Of a DNA stretch of 64,000 bases, positions 16,461 to 26,032 are shown in pieces. Numbering within the stretch: the stretch's first letter is position 1; each line of letters begins with the position of its first letter. Made by a program: the position numbers and the translations under genes. A model generated the notes under the pieces. That model did not search any database. It saw nothing but the letters and a program-made list of their open reading frames with translations, and was not told the DNA's origin. Location of the stretch: positions 1 through 64,000 of the IMG/VR virus record IMGVR_UViG_3300049434_000028; one strand, given 5' to 3'. Origin of the DNA: a virus.

Positions 16461-17747
16461 GTGGCCGTGAACATCGAGAAGTGCCTGATCTCCGCGGTCA
16501 TCCACGACGGCGAGATCAACGACGTACTCGATGCCAAGATCACCCTGGACTTCTTCGAGGACGAGGAGCACACCCAGGTCTGGACCTGGCTGCTGAAGCA
16601 CTGGACCGAGCACTCCAAGGTGCCGGACGAGTCCACGCTGAAGCGCAACTACCCGAACTACAAGCTGACCGCCACGCCGGAGCCGATCGGCTACTACATC
16701 GGCGAGATCCAGGCACGGCGCAAGTACACGATCATCATGGAGGCCATCCTCGCGGCCACCGAGCAGATGGAGGACGCGAACGACGTAGAAGCCGCCCTAG
16801 ACACCATCTCCCTTGGCGTCGCCGAGGCGCACGCGCAGGTCTCCTCGCTGAAGAACGACATCCTGACCCAGGACACCGACAAGTGGGCCGACCTCTACGA
16901 CGAGCTGGCCGCCCATCCTGGCCGACTACGCGGCCTGTCCACCGGCTACCGGGCGATCGACCGTGCCACCCGCGGAGTCCAGCCGGAGCAGTACATCGTC
17001 ATCGCCGGGCCGCCTAAGTCCGCGAAGTCCACGGTGCTGATGGACATCGGCATCACCATGAACGAGGAGCACAACGCGCGGGTCCTGCTGGTGTCGTTCG
17101 AGATGAGCCGCGAAGAACAGGCATCCCGGCACTACGCCATGCGTGCGAGGGTCGATTTCAACAAGCTGATGGAAGGCAGGCTGAGCAAGAAGGACATGCG
17201 CAAGCTGCACAACGCCCTGGACGACGTGAAAGAGTTCGAGGACTTCATCCTGTCCACCGACATCTCCGCAATGACCACGGTGTCCGGCGTGCGCTCGCAG
17301 GTCGAACAGGTCAAGCCCGACATCCTCTTGCTCGACGGTATCTACCTGATGCAGGACGAGCACGGCGAGCGGCCCGGCTCGCCGCAGGCGCTCACCAACA
17401 TCTCGCGCGGGCTCAAGCGCATGGCACAGGCCACGAAGATCCCGCTCATCGCCACCACGCAAGCGCTGGAGTCGAAGATCTCCAAGGCCCGCGGGATGGA
17501 GTCGTCCTCGGTCGGCTACAGCTCCGCGTTCGGGCAGGACTGCGACGTGCTGCTCGGCGTGGAGCGGGACGCGATCGACCCCGCCCTGTCCAACCTGCGC
17601 GTGCTGCTCTCCCGATCCGGCCCGACGGCCAAGACGCAACTCATGATCGACTGGACGACGAGCACGATCACCGAGCAGGAATGGGTCGACGACACCGAAG
17701 GCGGTGACGATGGCAAGGACTCGGACAACGCGCCAAAGACGTACTAG
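16461..17747 (+). CDS. dnaB: DnaB-like replicative helicase
   Basis: GLSTGY..ID..T.G, GPPKSAKST, SFEMS, LLDGIYLM, ISRGLK..A, QDCD. Confidence 0.92.
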   Translation: MAVNIEKCLISAVIHDGEINDVLDAKITLDFFEDEEHTQVWTWLLKHWTEHSKVPDESTLKRNYPNYKLTATPEPIGYYIGEIQARRKYTIIMEAILAATEQMEDANDVEAALDTISLGVAEAHAQVSSLKNDILTQDTDKWADLYDELAAHPGRLRGLSTGYRAIDRATRGVQPEQYIVIAGPPKSAKSTVLMDIGITMNEEHNARVLLVSFEMSREEQASRHYAMRARVDFNKLMEGRLSKKDMRKLHNALDDVKEFEDFILSTDISAMTTVSGVRSQVEQVKPDILLLDGIYLMQDEHGERPGSPQALTNISRGLKRMAQATKIPLIATTQALESKISKARGMESSSVGYSSAFGQDCDVLLGVERDAIDPALSNLRVLLSRSGPTAKTQLMIDWTTSTITEQEWVDDTEGGDDGKDSDNAPKTY

Positions 17748-18726
17748 CGCTCGCGGTCCGGCCGACGTCGAGGCCGCCTGCATCGCGCTCGGCCTGGAGA
17801 TCCAGAAAGTCGACGACACGGAGGTGCACTGCGTCTGCCCCAAGCACCTGGAGCGGACCGGCAAGGAGGATCGGCACCCCAGCTTCAGTGTGAACCGGAC
17901 CACCGGCCTGATGGGCTGCTGGAGCTGCCAGTACGGCGGGACGTTCATGAAGCTGGTCATGGACCTGAAGTACCCGAACAACGCCTTCGCCGCCGCACGG
18001 TGGATCCGCCAGTTCGGGGTCGATCTGCAGGGCAAGGTCGAGAACCTCAAGCCCTGGGACCAGCGCAACCAGACCAACGTCCAGCACGACGACGATGACA
18101 TCGACATCCCAGGCCTGTATGCGATGTACACCGACCCACCCACCAAGGCGTTGGCGCTGCGCCAGATCTCGCACGAGGCCGCGCGGCACTACGGCATCCG
18201 CTGGGACGATCGCAAGCGTGCATGGATCACCCCGATTCACAGCCCCGAAGGAACGCTGCTCGGCTGGCAGGCGAAGGCCGCCGACGGCCGGTTCTTCCGC
18301 AACTTCCCGCAGGGGATCAAGAAGGGGGAGACGCTGTTCGGTCTCGCCCAGTTCCCCGCAGGCGAGCCAGCGATCCTGCTGGAGTCCCCACTGGACGTCG
18401 CACGGCTCTACACCGCGGGTTTCGAGGGCGGGCTGTCCAGCTACGGCGTGCACTTCACCGACGCACAGATGCGAATTCTGTCGGAGGTGACCGACAGGCT
18501 GATCGCAGCGTTCGACAACGACAAGGACGGCAGGCTGGCGAACAGACTGCTCCTCTACGGTGACCGCAAGGCAGGTCGCAAGGCGTGGGCCAGGACGATC
18601 AACACCTGGTTCCTGAACTACAACGGGATCACGGCCAAGGACATCGGGGAAATGACTGACGATCAGATCGAGTGGGCGATGACGCACGCACTGCACTGGG
18701 GCAAAATCGTGACGGCAGGGCTGTGA
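17704..18726 (+). CDS. DNA primase (CHC2 zinc finger + TOPRIM)
   Basis: CPKH...PSFSVN...CWSC; LLES.LD; AFDNDKDG. Confidence 0.92.
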   Translation: MTMARTRTTRQRRTSARGPADVEAACIALGLEIQKVDDTEVHCVCPKHLERTGKEDRHPSFSVNRTTGLMGCWSCQYGGTFMKLVMDLKYPNNAFAAARWIRQFGVDLQGKVENLKPWDQRNQTNVQHDDDDIDIPGLYAMYTDPPTKALALRQISHEAARHYGIRWDDRKRAWITPIHSPEGTLLGWQAKAADGRFFRNFPQGIKKGETLFGLAQFPAGEPAILLESPLDVARLYTAGFEGGLSSYGVHFTDAQMRILSEVTDRLIAAFDNDKDGRLANRLLLYGDRKAGRKAWARTINTWFLNYNGITAKDIGEMTDDQIEWAMTHALHWGKIVTAGL

Positions 18727-20321
18727 GCTTCCACGGCGAGCTTCGTCCCTACCAGGCCGAGGCGGTCACGCGCTGCGTCGAACGCGGACGCATGCTCATC
18801 GCGCTCGTACCTGGCGCGGGCAAAACCCCGCTCACCATCGCCATCATCGAACAGCTCAACGCCGACTTCGACGACACCCTGTCCGGGCTGGTGTTCGCGT
18901 CCTCCGCGCTGCGCTACCAGTGGGCCGACGAGATCGCCAAGTTCACCGGAGGGCAGGTCGACAAGGACGGCAACTGGACCGGCGGCGCAAGCGTGCTCGT
19001 CATCGACGGAGACCTGACGGCTCGCAAGAAGCTCTACCGACGCGCAGAGAAGGAGCAGCCGCAGTACATCCTCCTCGGCTACGAGCAGGCAGTCAGCGAC
19101 TACGCGTTGGTCCGTGCGCTGCCGCGGGACTTCATGATCATGGACGAGATCTCCTGCTGCAAGAGTCCGGCCAGCCAGCGCAGCCAAGCGATCAAGTCGC
19201 TGGACTCCCCGTTCAAGTACGGGCTCACCGGCACACCCATGGAGAACGGGAAGCCGGACGAGCTGTTCTCGATCATGGAGTGCATCGACCCGTCAGTGCT
19301 CGGCGATGCGCGCGTGTTCGAGCGCACCTTCGTCACCCGCAACGCGCACGGCTGGATCGTGGGCTACAAGAACCTCCCACTGCTGCACAAGACCCTGAAG
19401 GAGGCGATGATCCGCATCAGCCGCGACAACCCTGCGGTGGCCGCCTACATGCCCAAGCAGCACCCTCCGCGGGTGCACCACTCCAAGCTGGACGCCGACA
19501 GCGCCGACGTCTACCGGGTGATGTCGATCGACCTGCAGGAGGAGCTGGCAATGGCCGTGCAGGCCCGCTCCAGCTTCGACGTGTTCGCGCTCTACTCCGG
19601 TGCGGGCAACCAGGGCGACGCCGTGCAGGGCCGGATCAGCTCCAAGATCACCGCCATGCGGATGCTGCTGACGCACCCGGCGATCCTGCGCAAGTCGGCC
19701 GAGCAGTACGCATCCCCGGCGTCACGGTCCGGCTCGGCGTACGCGCACGAGCTGCTGAAGGACGGCGTCCTGGACGACCTGCCGAACAACGGCGCCAAGT
19801 TCGACGACGTCGTGGATCGCATCGACGACGTGCTCAACGAGGACGACGGCAACAAGGTCGTGGTGTTCTCGTTCTTCAAAGGTGCACTGGCCGAGCTGTC
19901 CGGCAGCTACGGCGACGAGTCGGTGCAGTTCCACGGCGGCATGAATGCCAAGGCGAAGGCAGCCGCGAAGCGCCGGTTCCAGTACGACCCATCCGTGCGC
20001 CTGTTCCTGTCGTCCGACGCGGGCGGGTACGGTGTCGACCTACCGCAGGCGAACTACCTGATCAACGTCGACCTCCCGTACAGCAAGGGCAAGAGTGAAC
20101 AGCGCAACTCCCGCCACGACCGCACGTCATCCCTGCACGAGATCATCCACACCGAAACGTTCCTGGTGGCCGGGAGCCTGGAGGAGTTCTACGCCGAGAA
20201 GCTGCGCGGCAAGGGCAACGTCGCGCGGGCCATCGTGGACGGCATCGGGCACGACCGCAAAGGACGCATGGAGCTGGGTGCACACACATTGCTGGAATTC
20301 CTGCAGAACAACGACGTCTAG
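18723..20321 (+). CDS. SNF2-family helicase
   Basis: LRPYQ, PGAGKT, DEIS, LTGTPMEN, VVFSFF, DAGGYGVDL, Q...R..R. Confidence 0.92.
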   Translation: MSFHGELRPYQAEAVTRCVERGRMLIALVPGAGKTPLTIAIIEQLNADFDDTLSGLVFASSALRYQWADEIAKFTGGQVDKDGNWTGGASVLVIDGDLTARKKLYRRAEKEQPQYILLGYEQAVSDYALVRALPRDFMIMDEISCCKSPASQRSQAIKSLDSPFKYGLTGTPMENGKPDELFSIMECIDPSVLGDARVFERTFVTRNAHGWIVGYKNLPLLHKTLKEAMIRISRDNPAVAAYMPKQHPPRVHHSKLDADSADVYRVMSIDLQEELAMAVQARSSFDVFALYSGAGNQGDAVQGRISSKITAMRMLLTHPAILRKSAEQYASPASRSGSAYAHELLKDGVLDDLPNNGAKFDDVVDRIDDVLNEDDGNKVVVFSFFKGALAELSGSYGDESVQFHGGMNAKAKAAAKRRFQYDPSVRLFLSSDAGGYGVDLPQANYLINVDLPYSKGKSEQRNSRHDRTSSLHEIIHTETFLVAGSLEEFYAEKLRGKGNVARAIVDGIGHDRKGRMELGAHTLLEFLQNNDV

Positions 20322-20410
20322 CGTCTATCCCATAGGTGCACGCTTCACCCGGTAGGTTGACCCGCGGCGCACCATCCGGCACACCACACGGACCACGGAA
20401 TGAGGGACAT

Positions 20411-20701
20411 GTGAGCATCCTTGTCGCGGCGTTAGCTGCAGGGATCGGCACCACCCGGATCGTGGAGACGATCAAAGAGGCCCTTCCGATCATCCCACCA
20501 CCCGTCGCCAAGAGCACATTCGCAAGCGCCATTGCTGCAGCAGCCGGGGCGTCGTTGACGTCCGGTGATTGGCGTACACGCACACTGACGGGGCTGGGAG
20601 CCGCTGGAGTCGCCATGCTGGCGCACGAGGCTGCATCCCTGCTCCGCATGGTCACAGACCGCCAGAAGATCGTCGTCATGCGCGCTGCCGGTCAGCGCTA
20701 G
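20411..20701 (+). CDS. small membrane protein
   Basis: 96 aa with 2-3 hydrophobic segments; GAGG SD. Confidence 0.65.
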   Translation: MSILVAALAAGIGTTRIVETIKEALPIIPPPVAKSTFASAIAAAAGASLTSGDWRTRTLTGLGAAGVAMLAHEAASLLRMVTDRQKIVVMRAAGQR

Positions 20702-20717
20702 AAGAAGGAGCACACAC

Positions 20718-21812
20718 ATGCCCAGGACGAAGTCCAAGCCCGCGCTGATCACCATTGGGGTGTTCGGTCTCGGCGAGGCCGCACCCAAGACCATTGCCGC
20801 CCTGCTGGAGGACTACTGCGGGGACGGCGAGGTGAAGTTCATCGTTCCCGCCACAGCCGACCACTACTCCGGCTCCATCGCCGCCGTGGTGGAGTACCTG
20901 GAGGACGAGAACATCTCCTACGACGTCGTCACCGACTCGACGACGGCCAAGGCGCGCAGCCTGCGCAACGTGGTCAAGAACGCCGACACCGAGCACAAGG
21001 CCTCCGACGTCGGCGCGGCGATCGTGAACCTGCTGAAGGACGCCGAGGACGGGCGCCTGCTCGTGTTCTGGGACGGCGAGCTGGGCGACGAGGAGGACGG
21101 CGGGGCCTACGACGCCGTCGAGTACGCGGACGAGCACGACATCCCCGCGTTCGACCTCTGCGACGGGCTCGCACCGATCGACCTGGACGCCGACGATGAG
21201 GACGACCAGGACGAGCCGGAGCCCGAGAAGGCCGCCCCCAAGGGCCGCGCCAAGCCCGCGGACGACGATCCCGACGACGAGCCCGCTCCGGCCGCCCGGC
21301 GCCGCGGGAGGGCCGCTGCGGAGCCCGAGGAGGACGACGCCGACGAGCCCGCGGGGACGACACGCGGGAAGGCCGACAAGAGCCTGCCGGAGTACGAGGC
21401 CGCGCTGAAGGAGGGCGTCCGCGCGCTCCGCACCCTCGCCCGCGACCTGGAGCTGGCCCCGCACCGCAAGATCGGCTCGATGGACAAGCCCACCGTGCTG
21501 GACCTGCTCTACCCGCTCGACGGTGCCGCCCCCGCGGCGGCGCCGGACGATGACGAGGAGCCCGAGGAGGCCCCCGCCCCGCGGCGCCGGTCCACGCGGG
21601 CCAAGCAGGCCGAGCTGCCCTTCGAGGACGGCTCCGGCGACGGGCTGCAGGCCGAGGTGGCGGCGGCCGGACGCAAGGCCACGGCCGCGCACGTCGCGCT
21701 GCCGGTGGAGCTGAACGGCGACGCCGCGGTGGTGCTCGGCCAGTTCATCCACCTGCTGGCCAAGGAGGTCGCGACCTTGGTCGTCGTGGCTCTTGAGGAT
21801 CAGGCGAAGTAA
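20718..21812 (+). CDS. hypothetical protein: alpha/beta N-domain, acidic linkers, Rho_N/HeH-like motif
   Basis: AAGGAG SD; VRALRTLARDLEL...SMDKPTVLDLL resembles Rho_N. Confidence 0.75.
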   Translation: MPRTKSKPALITIGVFGLGEAAPKTIAALLEDYCGDGEVKFIVPATADHYSGSIAAVVEYLEDENISYDVVTDSTTAKARSLRNVVKNADTEHKASDVGAAIVNLLKDAEDGRLLVFWDGELGDEEDGGAYDAVEYADEHDIPAFDLCDGLAPIDLDADDEDDQDEPEPEKAAPKGRAKPADDDPDDEPAPAARRRGRAAAEPEEDDADEPAGTTRGKADKSLPEYEAALKEGVRALRTLARDLELAPHRKIGSMDKPTVLDLLYPLDGAAPAAAPDDDEEPEEAPAPRRRSTRAKQAELPFEDGSGDGLQAEVAAAGRKATAAHVALPVELNGDAAVVLGQFIHLLAKEVATLVVVALEDQAK

Positions 21813-21872
21813 CGCTTAGGATCAAGCGCGTCTGGTAGGTAGGTGTCGGTTCGTCGCGTCCCACCCCTCCAT

Positions 21873-21916
21873 GGCGAACCCCCGGTGCTCCGGCAACCGG
21901 GGGTTCGTCATCTCTG
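21873..21916. terminator. intrinsic terminator between convergent operons
   Basis: CGAACCCCCGGT...ACCGGGGGTTCG stem at the junction of the plus and minus operons. Confidence 0.75.
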
Positions 21917-21923
21917 TACCCGC

Positions 21924-22211
21924 TCAGGGATGCAGGCTCACCCGCACGCCGTACTCCACCTGCCAGGCCGCGGATCCGTCCACCACCACATGGACCGACG
22001 CGTGCCCGAGGTGCTCGATCTGCCGGTCCCAATCCGCCAGCGCGGTGCGCTGCAGCAACGGCGAGTAGGTGTGCAGGTACTTCTCCACCAGCTCGCGGGC
22101 CTCCTGGACGGTGTCGACATCCTGGACCTCTCGATCCACCGCAGCGAACCGGCCGCCGACCACGCTGTCCCGGTCCTCGCGCCAGACCGTGTTGCTGAAC
22201 GTGAGCTTCAC
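21924..22211 (-). CDS. hypothetical protein
   Basis: 95-aa ORF. Confidence 0.55.
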   Translation of the reverse strand: MKLTFSNTVWREDRDSVVGGRFAAVDREVQDVDTVQEARELVEKYLHTYSPLLQRTALADWDRQIEHLGHASVHVVVDGSAAWQVEYGVRVSLHP

Positions 22212-22235
22212 GCCCGAACCCTTTCAAGAGAAGCG

Positions 22236-22265
22236 CCAGGGCCCCGGTCGTACCCAGGACCCCGG
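22236..22265 (-). terminator. RNA hairpin after the DUF932 gene
   Basis: CCGGGGUCCUGG-GUACGA-CCGGGGCCCUGG: 12-bp stem with 3 G-U pairs on the minus transcript, then a pyrimidine tract. Confidence 0.55.
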
Positions 22266-22279
22266 CTGCTGGGGGGAGA

Positions 22280-23284
22280 CTAGCTGACCAGCGCGGCCTC
22301 ACGGGCGAGCTTCTCGGCCACCCGCTTCATGGGCTCAACGCTCAGGACGCAGCGGGAGAACTTCGACTCCGCGGTGCGCGAGCTGCGGCCGTGGTCGCTG
22401 TACTCGATCGCCGCCTGCACCAGGCCGTAGGCGGTGTTCGAGATGCCCTCGCAGGTGACGGAGTTCAGGTAGCCGAAAACCTGAGCGCGGGCCCGGTCGA
22501 TGTTGTTCTGGACGCGGGGGGTGATGATCTCGGCGACCGGGGTCGGGATGAACATCTCCACGAACGCCCGCTGGCCTTTCTCGGTGACCTTCAGCGAGAG
22601 GAGGTCGGCGGCCCAGTTCTGCGCGGCCTGCTGGTCGGCGGACATGCCCGCGAGCACCTGCTTGGCGAACTCGACCCGCGCACCGATGGACTGAGTGTGG
22701 CGGAAGACGAACTGCAGGCCGTGACGCTCGGACTCCAGGTCGGCGGCGTGCGAGGTGTTGGCGCACACGATGCGGGTGCGCAGGCGCTGGGCGCGGAGGG
22801 CGCCGGAGCCGTCGTGGCTGTTCTGGATTGCGACGTAGGGGAGGACGTCGCCGCGAGGGTCACCGGGGATCTTGAAGGGCTCGGCGGCGCGGATGAGCGC
22901 CCAGACCTTGCGGCCCTCGTCCAGGCTGCCAGCGGTCTCGTACTCGTAGCGGCCACCGGCCTGCTGGAGCACGGCCTCCACGAGCGGGCCGAGGTCGGCG
23001 TTCGGGAAGATGGTGTAGGAGTCCTTCGGCACCGCGAGGCAGACGCCGTTGTCGCTGCGCTCGATCAGCTTGTGGCCGGGGATCTCCTCGTAGCGGACGT
23101 CGAGGGTGCCGTCCTCGTTGATGACCGGGACGCGGCGGTAGGTCGGGGCCTCGATGGGCTCCCAGTCGAGACCGGCGAGCTTGCGCGCCTCGTCCCAGTT
23201 GGCCGGGTACTCGTCCAGGATGGTGCCCAGACCGTGCCAGGGCATCTCACGGACGGAGAACATTGAATCGAGGAGGTGCGACAT
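22280..23284 (-). CDS. DUF932/DUF945-family (TIGR03299-like) protein
   Basis: SMFSVREMPWHGLG, AGLDW, ETAGSL..GRKVW, NSHDGS, RIVCANT, RHT. Confidence 0.9.
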   Translation of the reverse strand: MSHLLDSMFSVREMPWHGLGTILDEYPANWDEARKLAGLDWEPIEAPTYRRVPVINEDGTLDVRYEEIPGHKLIERSDNGVCLAVPKDSYTIFPNADLGPLVEAVLQQAGGRYEYETAGSLDEGRKVWALIRAAEPFKIPGDPRGDVLPYVAIQNSHDGSGALRAQRLRTRIVCANTSHAADLESERHGLQFVFRHTQSIGARVEFAKQVLAGMSADQQAAQNWAADLLSLKVTEKGQRAFVEMFIPTPVAEIITPRVQNNIDRARAQVFGYLNSVTCEGISNTAYGLVQAAIEYSDHGRSSRTAESKFSRCVLSVEPMKRVAEKLAREAALVS

Positions 23285-23340
23285 GGCGGTGAGTCCTTTG
23301 AGTCCGAAGGTGATGTTCCGAAGTCTTGCTGACAGGTACG

Positions 23341-23380
23341 ACAATACAGGAGGGTGTAGGGACACGCAAGCCGTTCTGCA
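23341..23380 (-). promoter_or_regulatory. SigA-like promoter with upstream TGCAG
   Basis: TTGCGT-17-TATTGT. Confidence 0.65.
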
Positions 23381-23386
23381 TATCTC

Positions 23387-23500
23387 CTAGAGGGTGCCGC
23401 GCCACGCGTTGCTGCGCTGCTTGGGGGCCTTCTCCTGCTTGGGGAGTCCGAGGCCGAGGTAGTAGGCGACGATCGCTCCCAGGATGAACATGAGGCTCAT
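23387..23500 (-). CDS. 37-aa membrane peptide
   Basis: MSLMFILGAIVAYYLGLGLPKQEK...; AAGGAG SD and its own promoter. Confidence 0.65.
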   Translation of the reverse strand: MSLMFILGAIVAYYLGLGLPKQEKAPKQRSNAWRGTL

Positions 23501-23541
23501 GGTGTGCTCCTTCGAGTCCGTGTGGTTGACCTTGTAAGAGA

Positions 23542-23590
23542 AGCGTACCCCCACGAGAACCCTTCGCGCAGCGTTTCTGCAGAACTACTT
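23542..23590 (-). promoter_or_regulatory. promoter with upstream AAGTAGTTCTGCAG
   Basis: CTGCGC-18-TACGCT. Confidence 0.55.
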
Positions 23591-23800
23591 GTCTCGGTCT
23601 AGACGGAACACATGCCCACACCGGTCCGGCCCGTACGCCGAGCGCGGATCCACAGGAGTTCCCCTGCACTCGTAGTCGGCGCTGGCGTAGGACGAGCACA
23701 GATGAACGCTGGGCTTCCCGCAGCGCACACACTCGACCACCTTCGGCCAGCCAAGCAGAGTGAACGCCGGGTCGCTGCCAAACGGCTCACCGAACTTCAT
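23585..23800 (-). CDS. small Cys-rich protein
   Basis: MKFGEPF...CVRC...C...CGH; ATGA-coupled to the recombinase. Confidence 0.6.
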   Translation of the reverse strand: MKFGEPFGSDPAFTLLGWPKVVECVRCGKPSVHLCSSYASADYECRGTPVDPRSAYGPDRCGHVFRLDRDK

Positions 23801-24612
23801 GCGGCGCTCCAGTAGTTGACCAGCGCGAGCGCCGGGGAACGCTGCAGGTTCCGACGACCACGGTCGTATCTCATGGTCATTTTCGGATCCCCGTGTCCGG
23901 CGAAGTCCTGAACGTCGCGGGTAGCTGCGCCCGCGTCGAGTGCGGCGGTGATGGCGGCGTGTCTGAGCGAGTGCGGGGTAATCCGATCGGCCTGCTCGAT
24001 GCCCGCAGCGACCGCCAGGCGCTGCACGAGCCGGAAGGCGGTGCTCTGGGCCATCGGGAACAGCAGGCCCTCGGTGACGCCCAGGGCGTCGATCGCGGCG
24101 GCGTCGGCCAGCGGGATGACGCGGACCTTGCCGCCCTTGCCGTGGATGCGCACGACGCGCATGCCCAGGTCGATCTCGATGTCCTCGGCGCGCAGGGCGA
24201 GCGCCTCGCCGACGCGACACGCGGTGTGCAACATGAGCGAGATCAGCGCGTAGGAGCGGGTGCCGTCGGCCTTGGCCGCCGCGAGCAGCGCCCGCGCCTC
24301 GTCCTGCGAGAGGCCGAGCGTCTGGCTGTCCTGGGAGACCTTGGGACGACGGACGTGCTCGGCCGGGTTGCGCTCCAGCATGTCCTCGGCCTGCGCGTAG
24401 GCGTAGAGGCCGGAGACCGCGGACAGGCGGCGGGCGATCGTGCTCGCGCTCAGCTCGCGGGCCTCCATGTCGCGCACGTAGGCGTTGATGTCGGAGCGGG
24501 TGGCGGTGAGCACGTCGGCAGTGAAGAAGGCCTGGAAGTCGGCCAAGTCCCGGCGGTACGCCTTCGCGGTGTTGCCCGCGTACCCGGCGAGGTAGTCGGC
24601 GACGATGTTCAT
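23797..24612 (-). CDS. XerC/D-like tyrosine recombinase (no arm-binding domain)
   Basis: NT..AY..DL, STIARRLSAVS..Y, CRVGE, GKGGK, HSLRH, AGH, MRY; ATG 24612. Confidence 0.92.
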   Translation of the reverse strand: MNIVADYLAGYAGNTAKAYRRDLADFQAFFTADVLTATRSDINAYVRDMEARELSASTIARRLSAVSGLYAYAQAEDMLERNPAEHVRRPKVSQDSQTLGLSQDEARALLAAAKADGTRSYALISLMLHTACRVGEALALRAEDIEIDLGMRVVRIHGKGGKVRVIPLADAAAIDALGVTEGLLFPMAQSTAFRLVQRLAVAAGIEQADRITPHSLRHAAITAALDAGAATRDVQDFAGHGDPKMTMRYDRGRRNLQRSPALALVNYWSAA

Positions 24613-24649
24613 GGAGTGCTCCGAATGCTTGGTCCGTGTTCCTGGGTCC

Positions 24650-24678
24650 ATCGTAGCAGGGTGTCCCCCCACCCGCAG
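24650..24678 (-). promoter_or_regulatory. promoter of the recombinase gene
   Basis: CTGCGG-17-TACGAT. Confidence 0.55.
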
Positions 24679-24687
24679 GGTTTCCAG

Positions 24688-24769
24688 CCCGGCCACCATG
24701 CGCGCCGCAGGATTCCTGGCCGTCTCGTACGTTGACAGGCAAGAACCGTGCAGCGCCATGGTGGCCGGG
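24688..24769. other. 82-nt imperfect inverted repeat
   Basis: Perfect 13-bp outer arms CCCGGCCACCATG...CATGGTGGCCGGG with a bulged inner stem. Confidence 0.75.
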
Positions 24770-24775
24770 ACGGTG

Positions 24776-25108
24776 CTAGAGCTTCATCTTTCGGCCCGTG
24801 AACACGTCCACGATCTCCGCGCCCTCGCCGAACGCGGCGGTCATCTCGGCGCGCTCCTCGGCGCTGTAGCCGTGCTCCTGGCGGTAGGCGACGTACTCGC
24901 GGATCGCAGCGGCGGACTCCAGCTCGCGAGCTTGGATCGTGTTCGACAGGATCGTGTAGCCGATCCGACCCGCCTCGTGCCAGGACTCCAGCATGTCCGG
25001 GAACGGGCACCGGTCGTTGCTCTTCCAGCGAGCGACGAACCCGGCGTCGATGTACGCCTCCTTGAACATCTCGATGTTGCGGGCCTGCTCGCGCTGCTTC
25101 CAGTCCAT
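24776..25108 (-). CDS. hypothetical phage protein
   Basis: RWKSNDRCP..D.L...EERAEM.AAFG.G..IVDVFTG. Confidence 0.75.
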   Translation of the reverse strand: MDWKQREQARNIEMFKEAYIDAGFVARWKSNDRCPFPDMLESWHEAGRIGYTILSNTIQARELESAAAIREYVAYRQEHGYSAEERAEMTAAFGEGAEIVDVFTGRKMKL

Positions 25109-25155
25109 GATCTCTGCTCCGATGTGTGTGTCGTGGTCCGGGGTGGGAAGTTGAG

Positions 25156-25332
25156 TCAGCCGTTCGGGTACATGCTGGAATGCGGCTCGAAGTCCTCGGT
25201 CAACCGCTCCGGCATGTACTTGGCGATCCATGCGATCAGCTCGGCCTTTGTGGCCTGCGAGCGGGCGGGCATCCCATGGGCGAGGATGCGCAGGGTCTTC
25301 ACGGGCAGGGTATTCGGGTCGATATTCGCCAT
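25156..25332 (-). CDS. small Rho_N/HeH-like protein
   Basis: LPVKTLRILA.G...S.ATKAELIAWI. Confidence 0.6.
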   Translation of the reverse strand: MANIDPNTLPVKTLRILAHGMPARSQATKAELIAWIAKYMPERLTEDFEPHSSMYPNG

Positions 25333-25369
25333 GGTCTGCTCCGAGTGCGTGGTCTGGCTTCCTGATTCC

Positions 25370-25417
25370 ATTGTGCACCCACGCGCGGCCTGTGTCAGCG
25401 GAACTGCAGAACTACTT
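25370..25417 (-). promoter_or_regulatory. promoter with upstream AAGTAGTTCTGCAG
   Basis: CTGACA-17-CACAAT. Confidence 0.65.
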
Positions 25418-26032
25418 TTGTAAGCGAGGGAGGCGGTACTTGACCCGCTCGACAGCGTAGGCCTCGCGCAGGGCGCGGGCGGCATCGGCTCCAAGCCAGC
25501 GACGCACAAGGAGCATGTAGTAGTAGGCGAAGATCCGACCGTGCCCGTTCTCCGTCGTGCTGTGGGCGTGGTTGTGGCAGGTGGCCATGATGTGCGCCAG
25601 TTCGTGCAAGATAACCCACGGCTGCTTCATCGGGACGGCCCAGTCGGGCGCGTGGGCGAGCACGATCTCCGAAGAGCCCAGATGGATGTGGGGAGCACGA
25701 TCGCGATAGCCGGGCTTCCTGCGGACGGTCCCCACGTTCGCGTGCGCGCCATGTCCGCGCTTGGCGAAGACCCAGACACGCTTCGGTGGCTGCGGGGAGA
25801 CCAAGAATTGCTTGCCCTCTTTCTGCCAGGCGGGATCGCCCATCCACGACGGCGGACAGGTGCGTGCCCACCAGGAGCTGCGGGTGATGCGGTCGACGTA
25901 AATCTGCGCGGCCTTCTCGGTGCCGTCCAGCAACTCCACGGGGCACGCCTTGCGTGCGGCATCTTCGGCTGCGTACACGCGGTTGCCATAGCCGCGCTCC
26001 GTCAGTGTCTTGCGAGGGGAGTTCGTCTCCAT
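25412..26032 (-). CDS. TIGR04338/Rv0185-like HExxH metallohydrolase
   Basis: RVYAAE...WW...VILHELAH...HG..F...LV...G.DAA..LR. Confidence 0.8.
   Translation of the reverse strand: METNSPRKTLTERGYGNRVYAAEDAARKACPVELLDGTEKAAQIYVDRITRSSWWARTCPPSWMGDPAWQKEGKQFLVSPQPPKRVWVFAKRGHGAHANVGTVRRKPGYRDRAPHIHLGSSEIVLAHAPDWAVPMKQPWVILHELAHIMATCHNHAHSTTENGHGRIFAYYYMLLVRRWLGADAARALREAYAVERVKYRLPRLQK

Noticed and set aside
17005-17035. DnaB Walker A variant GPPKSAKST as a sign of inactivation
   Set aside because: The catalytic Lys-Ser and the other motifs are intact; one Gly-to-Ala change is not enough evidence.
21813-21910. tRNA or attP fragment
   Set aside because: Contains GGTTCG but cannot form a cloverleaf; the hairpin is explained as a terminator.
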